Below are positions 1-9,531 of a DNA stretch of 64,000 nucleotides, one piece after another. A program made the position numbers and the translations under genes. Source of the stretch: Caldimonas sp. GTDB lineage: Bacteria; Pseudomonadota; Gammaproteobacteria; Burkholderiales; Burkholderiaceae_C. The stretch is from contig DASXLD010000012.1 of the NCBI GenBank assembly GCA_036496385.1, forward strand, positions 211 through 64,210, read 5' to 3'. The notes under the pieces were generated by a model that saw only the letters and a list, made by a program, of their open reading frames with translations, searched no databases and was not told the origin of the DNA. Within the stretch, counting starts at the first letter, position 1, and every line of letters begins with the position of its first letter.

Positions 1-2321
1 AGAAGCTGCACGGCGGCTGGACGCTGGTGCGCATGCACGGCCGCGCCGGCGAGCGCCAGGAGCCGTGGCTGCTGATCAAGGAACGCGACGATGCGGCGCG
101 GCCGGCGGCGGACTTCAATGTCGTCGACGCAGAGCCCGGCAGCGTGCTCTCGGACCTGACGATCGACGACAAGTCGACGGCGACGAAGACAACTCCGCGC
201 GAGAACACGAAGCCCGGTACGACCATGAGGAAGGCGGCCCCGCGCGCGAGCAAGGCGGTCGTGAAGCAGGGCGAGACAGCTCCGGTCGGCCCGCCGGCGC
301 TTCCCGCAGGCGCCGTGAAGGCGCGCCTTCCGGCAGCGCTGCTGCCGCAGCTCGCGACACTCGTCAGCGCGCCGCCGCAAGGCGGCGACTGGATCTACGA
401 GATCAAGTTCGACGGCTACCGGCTGCTCGCACGCGTCGACGGCGACGACGTGCGCCTCTTCACGCGCCGCGGCAACGACTGGTCGGACCGCATGCCGGGC
501 CTCGTCGACGCAGTGCGCGCGCTCGCCGTCGGCACGGGTTGGCTCGACGGCGAAATCGTCGTCAGCGGCGCCGATGGTGTCCCGGACTTCAACGCGCTGC
601 AGAACGCGTTCGAGTCCGCGCGCGTCGACGAGATCCGGTACTTCGTCTTCGATCTGCCGTACTGGAACGGCCATGACCTGCGCAAGGTGCCGCTCATCGA
701 CCGCCGCGCGCTCCTCGCGGCGCTGCTCGACCGCGCGTCGGCGCAGGAGCGCATCCGCTTCAGCCAGGATTTCGACTCGAAGCCCGAGGAGCTGTTGCAG
801 AAGGCGTGCCGGATGCGGCTCGAGGGCATGATCGGCAAGCGCGCGGATGCGCCCTACGTGTCGCGGCGAAGCCCCGCCTGGATCAAGCTGAAGTGCACCC
901 GGCGCCAGGAGTTCGTCGTCGGCGGCTGGACCGATCCGCAGGGCTCGCGCGTCGGCATCGGGTCGCTGCTGCTCGGCATCCACGATGAGAGTGGCCGGCT
1001 GCGGTTCGCAGGCGGTGTCGGCAGCGGCTTCGACCAGAAGGCCTTGACCGCAGTGAAGAAGGCGCTGGCCGCGATCCCCGCCGAGCAGACGCCGTTCTTC
1101 GAAAAGCCGCGCGACGTTCGCGGCCACTGGGTGCAGCCAAAGCTCGTCGCCGAGGTGTCGTTCGGCGAATGGACGCCCGACGGCCGCATCCGCCACTCGG
1201 TGTTCCACGGCCTGCGCGACGACAAGGACGCGAGCGCGATCGGTCGCGAACGGATGGCCTCGCCTGACGAGGTGGCGGCACCATCGACCGCGACAGCGAA
1301 ATCGGACGCGCGAGCGAAGGCGGCGACGCGGACGAGGACGGGCATCGAGGCTGAGGCCGGGCCCGAGCGCCAGGCGGCGGCGTCGCCGGCGGTGAAGGCG
1401 AAGTCGTCGACGGGACGCAACGACGCGACCGTGGCGGGCCTCCGTATCAGCCACCCGGATCGCGTCGTCGACAAGACGACGGGCGTCACCAAGCTCGAGA
1501 TCGTCAACTACTACCTCGGGGTGGCGCGGCTGATCCTGCCGCATCTGGTGAAGCGCCCGGTGTCGCTCGTTCGCGCCCCCGGAGGGCTCGCCGGCCACCT
1601 CGTCTTCCAGCGCCACGCCGGCGCCTTGCGCATTCCCGAGTTGCGCGAGCTCGACCCGGCGTTCTCGCCCGACCACGAGCCGATGGTCGAGGTCGATTCG
1701 TCCACCGCCCTGGTCGGTGCTGCGCAAGCGAACGTGATCGAGTTCCACACCTGGAACGCGACGACGCGCGATGCGGCACATCCCGACCGGATCGTCTTCG
1801 ACCTCGATCCCGGCGAAGCCGTCGGCTGGCAGCAGATGCAGGAGGGCGCTGCGCTGATGCGCTCATTGCTGCAGCAGCTCGGCCTCGAGGGCTTTCTGAA
1901 GACGAGCGGCGGCAAGGGCCTGCACGTCGTCGTGCCGATCGCGCCGAGGGAGGACTGGGACACGGTCAGGGAGCTCGCCAAGCGCATCGTCGAGCACATG
2001 GCGGCGACGATCCCGGAGCGCTTCGTCGCCAAGAGCGGGCCGAAGAATCGCGTCGGCAGGATCTTCGTCGACTACCTTCGCAACGGCTTCGGTGCGACGA
2101 CCGCGTGTGCATGGTCGGCGCGCGCCCGCCCGGGCCTCGGCGTCTCGGTGCCGTGCGCCTGGGAAGAGCTTGCTGCACTGAGCGGCGGTGCGCACTGGAC
2201 GATCCGCAATATCCACGAACGGATCGAGGAGCGCGCCGATCCGTGGCGCGGTTACGCGCAAGCGAAGCAGAGCGTCGCGAAGGCGATGAAGGCGATCGGC
2301 ATGGGGCGCGTCGTCGCCTGA
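1..2321 (+). CDS. ligD: ATP-dependent DNA ligase LigD, multidomain (phosphoesterase end - ligase - primase/polymerase); 5' end lies outside the window
   Basis: The frame is open from the window edge; the listed start at 27 is an internal GTG. KLHGGWTLVRMHG...WLLIKERD matches the end of the LigD phosphoesterase module. Ligase motifs: YEIKFDGYRLL, LEGMIGKR, WIKLKC. C-terminal polymerase module: IVFDLDPGE, KTSGGKGLHVVVP. Confidence 0.9.
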   Translation, partial: KLHGGWTLVRMHGRAGERQEPWLLIKERDDAARPAADFNVVDAEPGSVLSDLTIDDKSTATKTTPRENTKPGTTMRKAAPRASKAVVKQGETAPVGPPALPAGAVKARLPAALLPQLATLVSAPPQGGDWIYEIKFDGYRLLARVDGDDVRLFTRRGNDWSDRMPGLVDAVRALAVGTGWLDGEIVVSGADGVPDFNALQNAFESARVDEIRYFVFDLPYWNGHDLRKVPLIDRRALLAALLDRASAQERIRFSQDFDSKPEELLQKACRMRLEGMIGKRADAPYVSRRSPAWIKLKCTRRQEFVVGGWTDPQGSRVGIGSLLLGIHDESGRLRFAGGVGSGFDQKALTAVKKALAAIPAEQTPFFEKPRDVRGHWVQPKLVAEVSFGEWTPDGRIRHSVFHGLRDDKDASAIGRERMASPDEVAAPSTATAKSDARAKAATRTRTGIEAEAGPERQAAASPAVKAKSSTGRNDATVAGLRISHPDRVVDKTTGVTKLEIVNYYLGVARLILPHLVKRPVSLVRAPGGLAGHLVFQRHAGALRIPELRELDPAFSPDHEPMVEVDSSTALVGAAQANVIEFHTWNATTRDAAHPDRIVFDLDPGEAVGWQQMQEGAALMRSLLQQLGLEGFLKTSGGKGLHVVVPIAPREDWDTVRELAKRIVEHMAATIPERFVAKSGPKNRVGRIFVDYLRNGFGATTACAWSARARPGLGVSVPCAWEELAALSGGAHWTIRNIHERIEERADPWRGYAQAKQSVAKAMKAIGMGRVVA

Positions 2322-2336
2322 AGCCGTGCCGCCGAT

Positions 2337-3350
2337 TCAGATCGCGCCGACGCTTCCCGTCACCGGCAGGACGATGCCGCTGATGTAGCCGGAGCACACC
2401 GGCGAGGCGAGGAAGACGTACGCGGGCGAGAGCTCTTCCGGCTGCGCCGGCCGCCTCATGCCGGTGTCCTGGCCGAACTCGGCAACTTTCTCGGCGGGCG
2501 AGTCGGCAGGATTGAGCGGCGTCCACACCGGACCGGGGGCGACTGCATTGACCCGGATGCCTTTGTCGACCAGGTTTCGCGCGAGCGATTTCGTGAAGGC
2601 GTGGATCGCGCCCTTGGTCGCCGAGTAGTCGAGCAGCCTCGGGCTGCCTTCGAGGCCCGTGACCGACCCGGTGTTGATGATCGACGCGCCTCGCCGCAGG
2701 TGAGGCAGCGCCGCCTTGACCATGTGGAAGTAGCCGAAGATGTTGGTGCGGAAGGTCTCGTCGAGACGCTCGTCGCTGATGTCCTCGATCGACGAGGCGT
2801 GCTCCTGGAAGGCGGCGTTGTTGACGAGCACGTCGATGCGGCCGAACGCCTTGAGCGTCGCGGCGACGACCTCGTCGCCGAACCTCGACTCCTTCACGTC
2901 GCCGGCGACGAGCACGCAGCGCCGGCCCTCGGCCTCGACGCAGCGTCTGGTCTCGGCTGCGTCCTCGTGCTCGCTCAGGTAGGCGACGGTGACGTCGGCT
3001 CCCTCGCGCGCGAACAGCACCGCGACCGCACGGCCGATGCCGGAGTCGGCGCCGGTGACGATCGCCACCCGTCCTTCGAGCTTGCCGCTGCCGCGGTAGG
3101 AAGGTGCGATGAACTGCGGGGCGAGCGCGAGGTCGGCTTCGCTCCCGGGCTTCGGCTGGTGCTCGGGCGGCAGCTTCGCGGGATGCGGCCGCGCGCCCGC
3201 CTGGACGGCACGCTTCTGCTCGCCCGATCGCGCGCTCTTCTTGCCGTCGATGCGGTCCTGCTCGCGCTGGATGTCGCGCTGCTTGCGCACGGTGGCGTCC
3301 TGCCGCTGCTGGTGCGGCGCTTTCCTGTCGACGTTTCGGCCCGTGCTCAC
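2337..3350 (-). CDS. Short-chain dehydrogenase/reductase, YghA/YhxC-like (general-stress type) with a basic N-terminal tail
   Basis: GTG at 3350 follows AGGAG with a 5-nt spacer. Rossmann motif VTGADSGIGRA, NNAA, catalytic YSATKGA. The upstream part of the 538-aa ORF is Arg-rich shadow sequence. Confidence 0.85.
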   Translation of the reverse strand: MSTGRNVDRKAPHQQRQDATVRKQRDIQREQDRIDGKKSARSGEQKRAVQAGARPHPAKLPPEHQPKPGSEADLALAPQFIAPSYRGSGKLEGRVAIVTGADSGIGRAVAVLFAREGADVTVAYLSEHEDAAETRRCVEAEGRRCVLVAGDVKESRFGDEVVAATLKAFGRIDVLVNNAAFQEHASSIEDISDERLDETFRTNIFGYFHMVKAALPHLRRGASIINTGSVTGLEGSPRLLDYSATKGAIHAFTKSLARNLVDKGIRVNAVAPGPVWTPLNPADSPAEKVAEFGQDTGMRRPAQPEELSPAYVFLASPVCSGYISGIVLPVTGSVGAI

Positions 3351-3382
3351 GTCGGCTCCTGGTTGTTGAATCGCCCGGAGCA

Positions 3383-3396
3383 GCAAGCCGGGTGCC
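3383..3396 (-). promoter_or_regulatory. Sigma-54-type -24/-12 element (GGCAC-ccggc-TTGC) upstream of the SDR gene
   Basis: The minus strand reads gGGCACccggcTTGCt. It sits 32 nt before the GTG start, in the 110-bp divergent intergenic region. Pattern match only; no activator gene is in the window. Confidence 0.4.
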
Positions 3397-3461
3397 CGTG
3401 GCGGCGGCGCGCTGACGCACCGCCGGCGCGGGCGATCGGCCCGGATCGGCACAATGCAGCG

Positions 3462-4631
3462 ATGCCCGACCCGCTCCATCTCGTCGACGCCACGATGTTC
3501 TGGAGTCCGACCGGCGGCGGTGTCCGCCGCTACCTGGAGGCCAAGCACGCCTGGCTCGCGGGTCAGCCGGGCTGGCGGCATTCGATCGCGGTGCCGCGCG
3601 TCGCCGGGACGAACGCGACGGCGACGTCGCTGCCGTCGTGGCCATTGCCCGGCAACGGCGGCTATCGCTTGCCCATCCACCGCCGCGCGATCGCCAAGGT
3701 CCTCGTCGGCATGCGGCCCGACCTGATCGAGGCCGGCGATCCGTACCGCGTCGCCTGGTGCGCGCTCGACGCCGCGCGCACGCTCGGCATTCCGGCGCTC
3801 GCCTGCTGCCACTCGAACATCGTCGCGATGGCCCGGCTCGCCGCCGGTCGACATCTTGCGCGCGCTGCGGCACGTCTCGCCGAGCGCTACGCGCGCCGCG
3901 TCTACCGCGGCTTCGACCTCGTCCTCGCGCCGAGCCGCAGCATGGCCGCACACCTACACGAGTGGGGCGTCGCGCGCGTCGCCTGCCAGCCGCTCGGCGT
4001 CGACACCACGGTTTTTCATCCGCGGGCGCGCGACCGGTCGTGGCGCGAGCGACACGGCTGGGCCGAGGCGACGCGGCTTCTCGTCTACGCCGGCCGCTTC
4101 GCGCCGGAGAAGCACCTCGACGTGCTCGCCGCCGCGGTCGAGCGGCTAGGCGCACCGTACCTGCTGCTCGCAATCGGCGCCGGGCCGGCGCCGCCGCCGA
4201 CGAGCGACCGGGTCGTCGTGCTGCCCTTCGTCGCGTCGGCGCGCGACCTCGCGACCGTGCTCGCGAGCGCCGACGCATTCGTGCACGCCGGCGACCAGGA
4301 GACGTTCGGCCTGTCAGCGCTCGAGGCGATGGCATGCGGCACGCCGGCCGTGCTGCGCGCGAGCGAAGGGCTGGCGGAGCTCGCGGACGGCGAACGCGGC
4401 GCCGTCGGCGTGCGCGACGGCAACGCCGAGGCCTTCGCCGAGGCGATCGCCGCACTCTTCGCCGCGGGTCTCGACGGCCACTCGCGCGCGGCACGCGAGC
4501 GCGCCGAGAACAGCGACTGGGAGCGCGTCTTTGCCAGCCTCTTCGGCCACTATCGGCGTCTCGTCGAGACGGCGGCAGGCACGCCCGCACAGAGCGGGCG
4601 CGACGCCGCCGCAGCGGCGCTGCAGCGATGA
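3462..4631 (+). CDS. Glycosyltransferase, GT-B fold, family 4/1
   Basis: ATG at 3462. E-x7-E signature FVHAGDQETFGLSALEAMACGTP. The stop overlaps the next start (ATGA). The 5' part of the 676-aa ORF is antisense to the SDR gene. Confidence 0.85.
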   Translation: MPDPLHLVDATMFWSPTGGGVRRYLEAKHAWLAGQPGWRHSIAVPRVAGTNATATSLPSWPLPGNGGYRLPIHRRAIAKVLVGMRPDLIEAGDPYRVAWCALDAARTLGIPALACCHSNIVAMARLAAGRHLARAAARLAERYARRVYRGFDLVLAPSRSMAAHLHEWGVARVACQPLGVDTTVFHPRARDRSWRERHGWAEATRLLVYAGRFAPEKHLDVLAAAVERLGAPYLLLAIGAGPAPPPTSDRVVVLPFVASARDLATVLASADAFVHAGDQETFGLSALEAMACGTPAVLRASEGLAELADGERGAVGVRDGNAEAFAEAIAALFAAGLDGHSRAARERAENSDWERVFASLFGHYRRLVETAAGTPAQSGRDAAAAALQR

Positions 4632-5398
4632 GCGAGCGGGTGCGCGAGCCGACCGTCTGCATCGTCCTGCACGACGCGGCGCCATCGACGCGCCAGGCCT
4701 GCGTGCGCACGCTCGCCGCGGTTCGCCAGGTCGCCGGCGATGCGCCGGTGACGATCCTCGCCGTGCCGCGCTACCACGACGAGGCGCCGACGCCCGAGTT
4801 CGAAGCCTGGCTCGGCGAGCGCGCGCGCCGCGGCGACGAGCTCGCGCTGCACGGCTGCACGCACCGCGACGACGGCAAGCCCGCGGGCGCGATCGATGCC
4901 TTGCGTCGGTCGCGCTACACCCGCGGCGAAGGCGAGTTCTGGGCGCTCTCGCGCGAGGAAGCGCTGGCGCGGATCGACGTCGGCATCGCCTGGTTCGCGA
5001 AGAACCGATGGCCGCTCTCCGGCTTCGTCGCGCCCGCGTGGCTGCTCGGACCGGGAGCCCGCGAGGCGGTCGTCGCGCGACCGTTCGAGTACACGGCGAC
5101 GCTGCGCCAGCTGATCCAGCTGCCCGCCGAGCGCGCGGTCACGAGCCAGAGCGTCGTCTACAGCACGTCGAGCGGCTGGCGGCGGCGGATGTCGGTCGCG
5201 TGGAACGCCTGCGTCGACCTCGCCGAGCGGAGGAACGCAGTCCTGCGCATCGAGCTGCACCCGCGCGACGCCGATTTCGCATCGGTGCGTCGCTCATGGC
5301 AGCGGATCCTCGCCCGCGCGCTGCACGCGCGCAAGCCCGCGACCGTCGCCGAGTTCATGCGCCGCTCGCGTGGACGCAAGACCTCGACGATCTGGTGA
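4628..5398 (+). CDS. DUF2334-type predicted polysaccharide/glycolipid deacetylase
   Basis: ATG at 4628 overlaps the glycosyltransferase stop. CIVLHDAAP...LALHGCTH...RGEGEF...ELHPRD resembles the DUF2334 deacetylase-like family. Family recalled from memory, not searched. Confidence 0.6.
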   Translation: MSERVREPTVCIVLHDAAPSTRQACVRTLAAVRQVAGDAPVTILAVPRYHDEAPTPEFEAWLGERARRGDELALHGCTHRDDGKPAGAIDALRRSRYTRGEGEFWALSREEALARIDVGIAWFAKNRWPLSGFVAPAWLLGPGAREAVVARPFEYTATLRQLIQLPAERAVTSQSVVYSTSSGWRRRMSVAWNACVDLAERRNAVLRIELHPRDADFASVRRSWQRILARALHARKPATVAEFMRRSRGRKTSTIW

Positions 5399-5405
5399 GG
5401 GCGCG

Positions 5406-5987
5406 CTAGAGCAGGTTGAAGCTGACCGCCGCGGTGATGCCGCCGATCAGCGCACCGACGACGACGTCGCTCGGGTAGTGCAGCCCGAGAACGATCCGCG
5501 AGACCGCGATCAGGATCGTGAGCGGCCAGACGAACAGCGCGAACATCGGGTAGTAGGCCGTCAGGATCAGGCTGAACGCCGCCGAGTGCAGGGTGTGGCC
5601 GCTCGGGAAGCTGAACTCGTCGAGCGAGCGGCCGCAGGCGCGGATCCCCGGGCAGGTGCGGTAGGGGCGCGGCCGCGCGATCCAGCGCTTGATGATTCGG
5701 TAGAGGACGAGGTTGACGATGCCGACGCCGACCATCCGCACCGACGCCGACGTGCCGACCGGTCCGCCCGCGACCGGCAGGCAGACGATGATCGCGTACC
5801 AGATCCAGCCATCACCGAAGCGGCTCACCGTGTCGAGCAGGCGGACCACCCATGCGCGCGTCGCCGCGCCATGCATCCAGAGGGCCCACTCGCGCTCGCG
5901 AGCGAGCCAGAGCTCGCGCTCCAGCCAGAGGGAATGCGAGGGCTCAGGCCACGACGGCGACGCGTCCTGACGGCGTTTCGAGTGCAT
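5406..5987 (-). CDS. PAP2-family (type 2 phosphatidic acid/undecaprenyl-PP type) membrane phosphatase
   Basis: Acid-phosphatase motifs SFPSGHT and SRIVLGLHYPSDV, plus several hydrophobic segments. The start is uncertain; 5987 overlaps the upstream glycosyltransferase by 44 nt. Confidence 0.8.
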   Translation of the reverse strand: MHSKRRQDASPSWPEPSHSLWLERELWLAREREWALWMHGAATRAWVVRLLDTVSRFGDGWIWYAIIVCLPVAGGPVGTSASVRMVGVGIVNLVLYRIIKRWIARPRPYRTCPGIRACGRSLDEFSFPSGHTLHSAAFSLILTAYYPMFALFVWPLTILIAVSRIVLGLHYPSDVVVGALIGGITAAVSFNLL

Positions 5988-7098
5988 GGAGGGTGTCTTC
6001 CAGTCGAGCCTCGAAGCGCATCAGCACTTCGGGCCAGCTCGCCCGGCGAGCGGCGGCGAGCGCCGCGACACGCATCGGCTCGAGCGACACGCCGCGCGAG
6101 CTCAGCGACGACGCTGCGGCGATGAAGGCGGCCTCGTCGCCGGGGGCGACGAGCCGGCCGCTGACACCGTCGTCGACGTGCTCGGCGGCGGCAGCGGTGG
6201 CGAACGAGACCACCGGCAGCCCCGAGGCGAGCGCCTCGAGGACGACGTTGCCGAAGGTGTCGGTGAGGCTCGGAAACAGGAACACGTCGGCAGACGCGTA
6301 GGTCGCGGCGAGCGCCGCGCCACGCTGGACGCCGGCGAAGCGGACGTCCGGGTACGCTGCCTGCAGACGGCCGAGCGCCGGCCCTTCGCCGACGACGACC
6401 ATGCGCAGTCCCGGGCAAGCATGCCGCGCCTGCTCGAATGCGCGCAACCCGAGCTCGACGTTCTTCTCCGGCGCGACGCGGCCGACCATGAGCAGGACGG
6501 GCGCACTCTCGGCGTGCCATTGGCGGCGAAGGTCGGCGCTGCGATGCGACGACGCGAAGTGTTGGCTGTCGACACCGCGGCCGACCATCGTCAGGTTATG
6601 AAAGCCCGCCGCCCGAAGCTCGCGTGCGGTCGCCCGCGTCGGCACGAAGGTGCGCTCCGTGAGGTTGTGAAAACGGCGTAGCAGGCCGAGCAGCGGCGTC
6701 GCGAACGCGCCGAGGCCGTAGTGGCGGCTGTATTGGTGGAAATTGGTGCGGAAGTCCGACGTCGTCGCGATGCCGAGCGCGCGCGCCGCCGCGAGCGCTG
6801 CCCAGGCGAGCGGGCCGGGCGTCGCGAGATGAACCAGCTCGGGACCCGTGTCGCGGAAGCGACGCATGAGCGGCGCGATCCGCGAGATGCCGAAGCGCAT
6901 TTCGCGATAGACCGGGATCGGCCAGCCGGCGGTGCGCAATTCGTCGCCGGCGTCGAGCGCGGCTTCGCCTGGCTGGCGGGGCCGGATCAGCTCGACGTTG
7001 TGGCCGCGCGCGCGCAGGAATCGCACCGTTCGCTCGACCGTGAGCGAGACGCCGTTCAGCTCGGGCGGATAGGTTTCGGAGACGTAGGCGATGCGCAT
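5944..7098 (-). CDS. Glycosyltransferase, GT-B fold, family 4/1
   Basis: MRIAYVSETYPPELNGV N-terminus is typical of GT4. E-x7-E region FPSLTDTFGNVVLEALASGLPVV. An alternative ATG lies at 7119. The upstream part of the 458-aa ORF is unlikely to be coding. Confidence 0.85.
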   Translation of the reverse strand: MRIAYVSETYPPELNGVSLTVERTVRFLRARGHNVELIRPRQPGEAALDAGDELRTAGWPIPVYREMRFGISRIAPLMRRFRDTGPELVHLATPGPLAWAALAAARALGIATTSDFRTNFHQYSRHYGLGAFATPLLGLLRRFHNLTERTFVPTRATARELRAAGFHNLTMVGRGVDSQHFASSHRSADLRRQWHAESAPVLLMVGRVAPEKNVELGLRAFEQARHACPGLRMVVVGEGPALGRLQAAYPDVRFAGVQRGAALAATYASADVFLFPSLTDTFGNVVLEALASGLPVVSFATAAAAEHVDDGVSGRLVAPGDEAAFIAAASSLSSRGVSLEPMRVAALAAARRASWPEVLMRFEARLEDTLHALETPSGRVAVVA

Positions 7099-7231
7099 CG
7101 GGCGGCGAGCTCTGTCCATCCGGGAATTCTGGCAACTCGGATGCCGGCTCGAAGTAGGACGCGGCCGCAACTCCGTTCGGCCGATGGTCGGCCCGGGACG
7201 TGACGCCGCCGTGACGCCGTGCCTCGTGGGG

Positions 7232-8323
7232 CTAGTCGCCTTCCAGGTAGTAGCAGACCAGGCGCAGTGTGCGCGTTCGCTTGCAAAGAGCCCGGGTCGC
7301 GAGCAGGAGGGGCACCGCAAGGAAGGCGCCCGCGATTCCCCAGAGCCAGCCCCAAACCATCACCGCCAGGAAGACGAACACCGGCCGCAGGCGAAGGCGG
7401 TGGCCCATGATCATCGGGCTCAGGAAGTTCGCCTCGACGCCGTGCAGGAGGAGAAACGCCGCCGGCGGGCCGAGCATCGCCCAGCCGGTGCCGAAGGTGA
7501 CACTGCCGGCGAGCAGTAGCAGCAGCGTGATGAAGAGCGGCCCGAGGTAGGGAATGAACGCGAGCACCGCTGCCGTCGTCCCCCAGAGGACCGGATTGGG
7601 CAGGCCGATCAGCCATAGCGCGAGGCCGGTGGCGACGCCGAGCGCGATGTTGACCAGGCTCATCGTGGTGATGAAGAGGCCGATGTCGCGCTGCGCCTGG
7701 CGGACGCCGGCCAGGATCAGGGCACGGGTGCGCGGACGGCGCACCGCGGCGACGGTTCGCGCCACCAGCCACTGCTCGGACGCGAGCAGGAAATAGAGCA
7801 GGATGACGGTCGCCGACGCCGACAGCGCGAACGACACCGTTTCGCCGATTGCCAACCGCGTGAAGATCCAGCCCTCGCTCGCCAGCCGCTCGCCGAGCGG
7901 ATCGGGTGCCGGGACGGCCGCCGGCGCGCGAATGAGCGGCGCCGGTGTTGCATACGGGAACAGGGCGTCGCGCCAGCCCTGCAGCGCTTCGACGAGCTCG
8001 TGGACGATCTGCGGCGCCCGTGACCACCACGCGGCCGCCGGCGCGGCGACGAGCATCAGGATCAGCACCGCGGCGCCGAGGACGGCGACGATGACGACAC
8101 CGGCGCCGAGGTACTCGTGGATGCCGGCACGGCGCAGCGCCCGCACCGGCGCCGACAGCACGAACGTGAAGACGATCGCGATCGTCACGGGCAGCAGGAG
8201 CGGCCGCGCGTGCTCGAGCAGGAGCACGATGGCGACGAACAGCAGGCCCCGCCCGAGCCAGGTCGTGGCGAGGCGGCGCGCCGCGGGGTCGATCGGGAGC
8301 GGTGCCAAGGTTCGGCGGATCAT
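7232..8323 (-). CDS. AI-2E (PerM/YhhT, UPF0118) family transporter
   Basis: About 8 hydrophobic segments. The C-terminal region VFVFLAVMVWGWLWGIAGAFLAVPLL is typical of the family. Confidence 0.85.
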   Translation of the reverse strand: MIRRTLAPLPIDPAARRLATTWLGRGLLFVAIVLLLEHARPLLLPVTIAIVFTFVLSAPVRALRRAGIHEYLGAGVVIVAVLGAAVLILMLVAAPAAAWWSRAPQIVHELVEALQGWRDALFPYATPAPLIRAPAAVPAPDPLGERLASEGWIFTRLAIGETVSFALSASATVILLYFLLASEQWLVARTVAAVRRPRTRALILAGVRQAQRDIGLFITTMSLVNIALGVATGLALWLIGLPNPVLWGTTAAVLAFIPYLGPLFITLLLLLAGSVTFGTGWAMLGPPAAFLLLHGVEANFLSPMIMGHRLRLRPVFVFLAVMVWGWLWGIAGAFLAVPLLLATRALCKRTRTLRLVCYYLEGD

Positions 8324-8394
8324 GGCACGGCGGCGGAGGCCGGCGCGGCCCTCCTCCGGCGCGGGAATCGCAAATCGCTAGAGTCGATACGACC

Positions 8395-9531
8395 ATGGCG
8401 ACGAGAAGGTCGAGCCCTGCTTGCGCGGCCAAGGTCGTGCCGCCGCCGACGTTGATCGAGCCGATGCTCGCAAAGGCGGTCGACGCGTTGCCGGCGGCCG
8501 AGGGTTTTCTCTTCGAGCCGAAGTGGGACGGCTTTCGCGCGATCGTCTTTCGCCCCGCGCGCGGCGAGATCGCAATCCAGAGCCGCGACCTGCGGCCGCT
8601 CGACCGCTACTTCCCCGAACTCGACGAGGCACTCGTCGCCGGCCTGCCCGACGGCGCCATCGTCGATGGCGAGATCGTCGTCGTCGGCGCGGCCGGGCTC
8701 GATTTCGACGCGCTCCAGCAGCGGCTGCATCCGGCGGCCACTCGCGTCGCCCACCTGGCGGTGGCGACGCCGGCATCGTTCGTCGCCTTCGACCTGCTCG
8801 CCGCCGGCGGCAGGAGCCTCATCGAGCGGCCACAGGAGGAACGTCGCGCCGCGCTCGAGGAGCTGCTCGGCGGCGCCCGCCCTCCGCTCTACCTGACGCC
8901 GGCAACGCGCGACGGCGAGGTCGCCGCGGAATGGCTACGCGAGTTCGAGGGCGCCGGCCTCGACGGCGTCATCGCCAAGCGGCTCGACGCGCCGTACCAG
9001 CCGGGCATGCGGACGATGCTGAAGATCAAGCACGCCCGCACGGCCGATTGCATCGTCGCGGGTTTTCGCTGGCACAAGAGCACCGAGGCGGGCGGGGCGG
9101 AAGCGATCGGCTCGCTGCTGCTCGGGCTCTACGATGACGCCGGGGTCCTCCATCACGTCGGCGTGACGTCGTCGTTCACGATGGAAACCCGCCGCCGGCT
9201 CGTCGAAGAGCTCGCGCCGTTGCGGCATGACGCGCTCGTCGGCCATCCATGGCGGCATTGGGCCGCTCGGGTCGCAGACGCCGCGCCCGGGACGATGCCG
9301 CAACGGCTGCCCGGCGCGACGAGCCGCTGGAGCGCCGGCAAGGACCTCGCCTGGCAGCCGCTTCGTCCCGAGCGCGTCTGCGAGGTCCGATACGACCATC
9401 TCCAGGGCGACCGCTTCCGGCACGCGACGACCTTTGTCCGCTGGCGCCCCGACAAGCCGGCCGAGGCGTGCCGCTACGACCAGCTCGAGACCGTCGCGCC
9501 GTACGCGCTGAAGAAGATCTTCAGCGTCTAG
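8395..9531 (+). CDS. Stand-alone ATP-dependent DNA ligase (LigC-type, adenylation + OB domains only)
   Basis: ATG at 8395. EPMLAK..., adenylation motif I FEPKWDGFRAI, DGEIVV, LDGVIAKR, MLKIKH. It has no polymerase or phosphoesterase modules. No obvious SD. Confidence 0.85.
   Translation: MATRRSSPACAAKVVPPPTLIEPMLAKAVDALPAAEGFLFEPKWDGFRAIVFRPARGEIAIQSRDLRPLDRYFPELDEALVAGLPDGAIVDGEIVVVGAAGLDFDALQQRLHPAATRVAHLAVATPASFVAFDLLAAGGRSLIERPQEERRAALEELLGGARPPLYLTPATRDGEVAAEWLREFEGAGLDGVIAKRLDAPYQPGMRTMLKIKHARTADCIVAGFRWHKSTEAGGAEAIGSLLLGLYDDAGVLHHVGVTSSFTMETRRRLVEELAPLRHDALVGHPWRHWAARVADAAPGTMPQRLPGATSRWSAGKDLAWQPLRPERVCEVRYDHLQGDRFRHATTFVRWRPDKPAEACRYDQLETVAPYALKKIFSV

Noticed and set aside
1966-4710. 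914-aa minus-strand ORF, the longest in this part of the track
   Set aside because: Its composition is extreme Arg/Ala/Pro with no motifs. It runs antisense or out of frame across four genes that have clear domain signatures. This is the typical shadow ORF of very GC-rich DNA.
7132-7145. Fourth sigma-54-like site (GGCAT-N5-TTGC) upstream of the second glycosyltransferase
   Set aside because: It has one mismatch to the pattern used, and it lies so close to the candidate start codons that a normal leader does not fit. I mention it only as a weak candidate.
9528-9531. Convergent ligase and creD genes sharing a palindromic CTAG as both stop codons
   Set aside because: It is real but most likely a trivial consequence of tight packing. 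There is no evidence of function.
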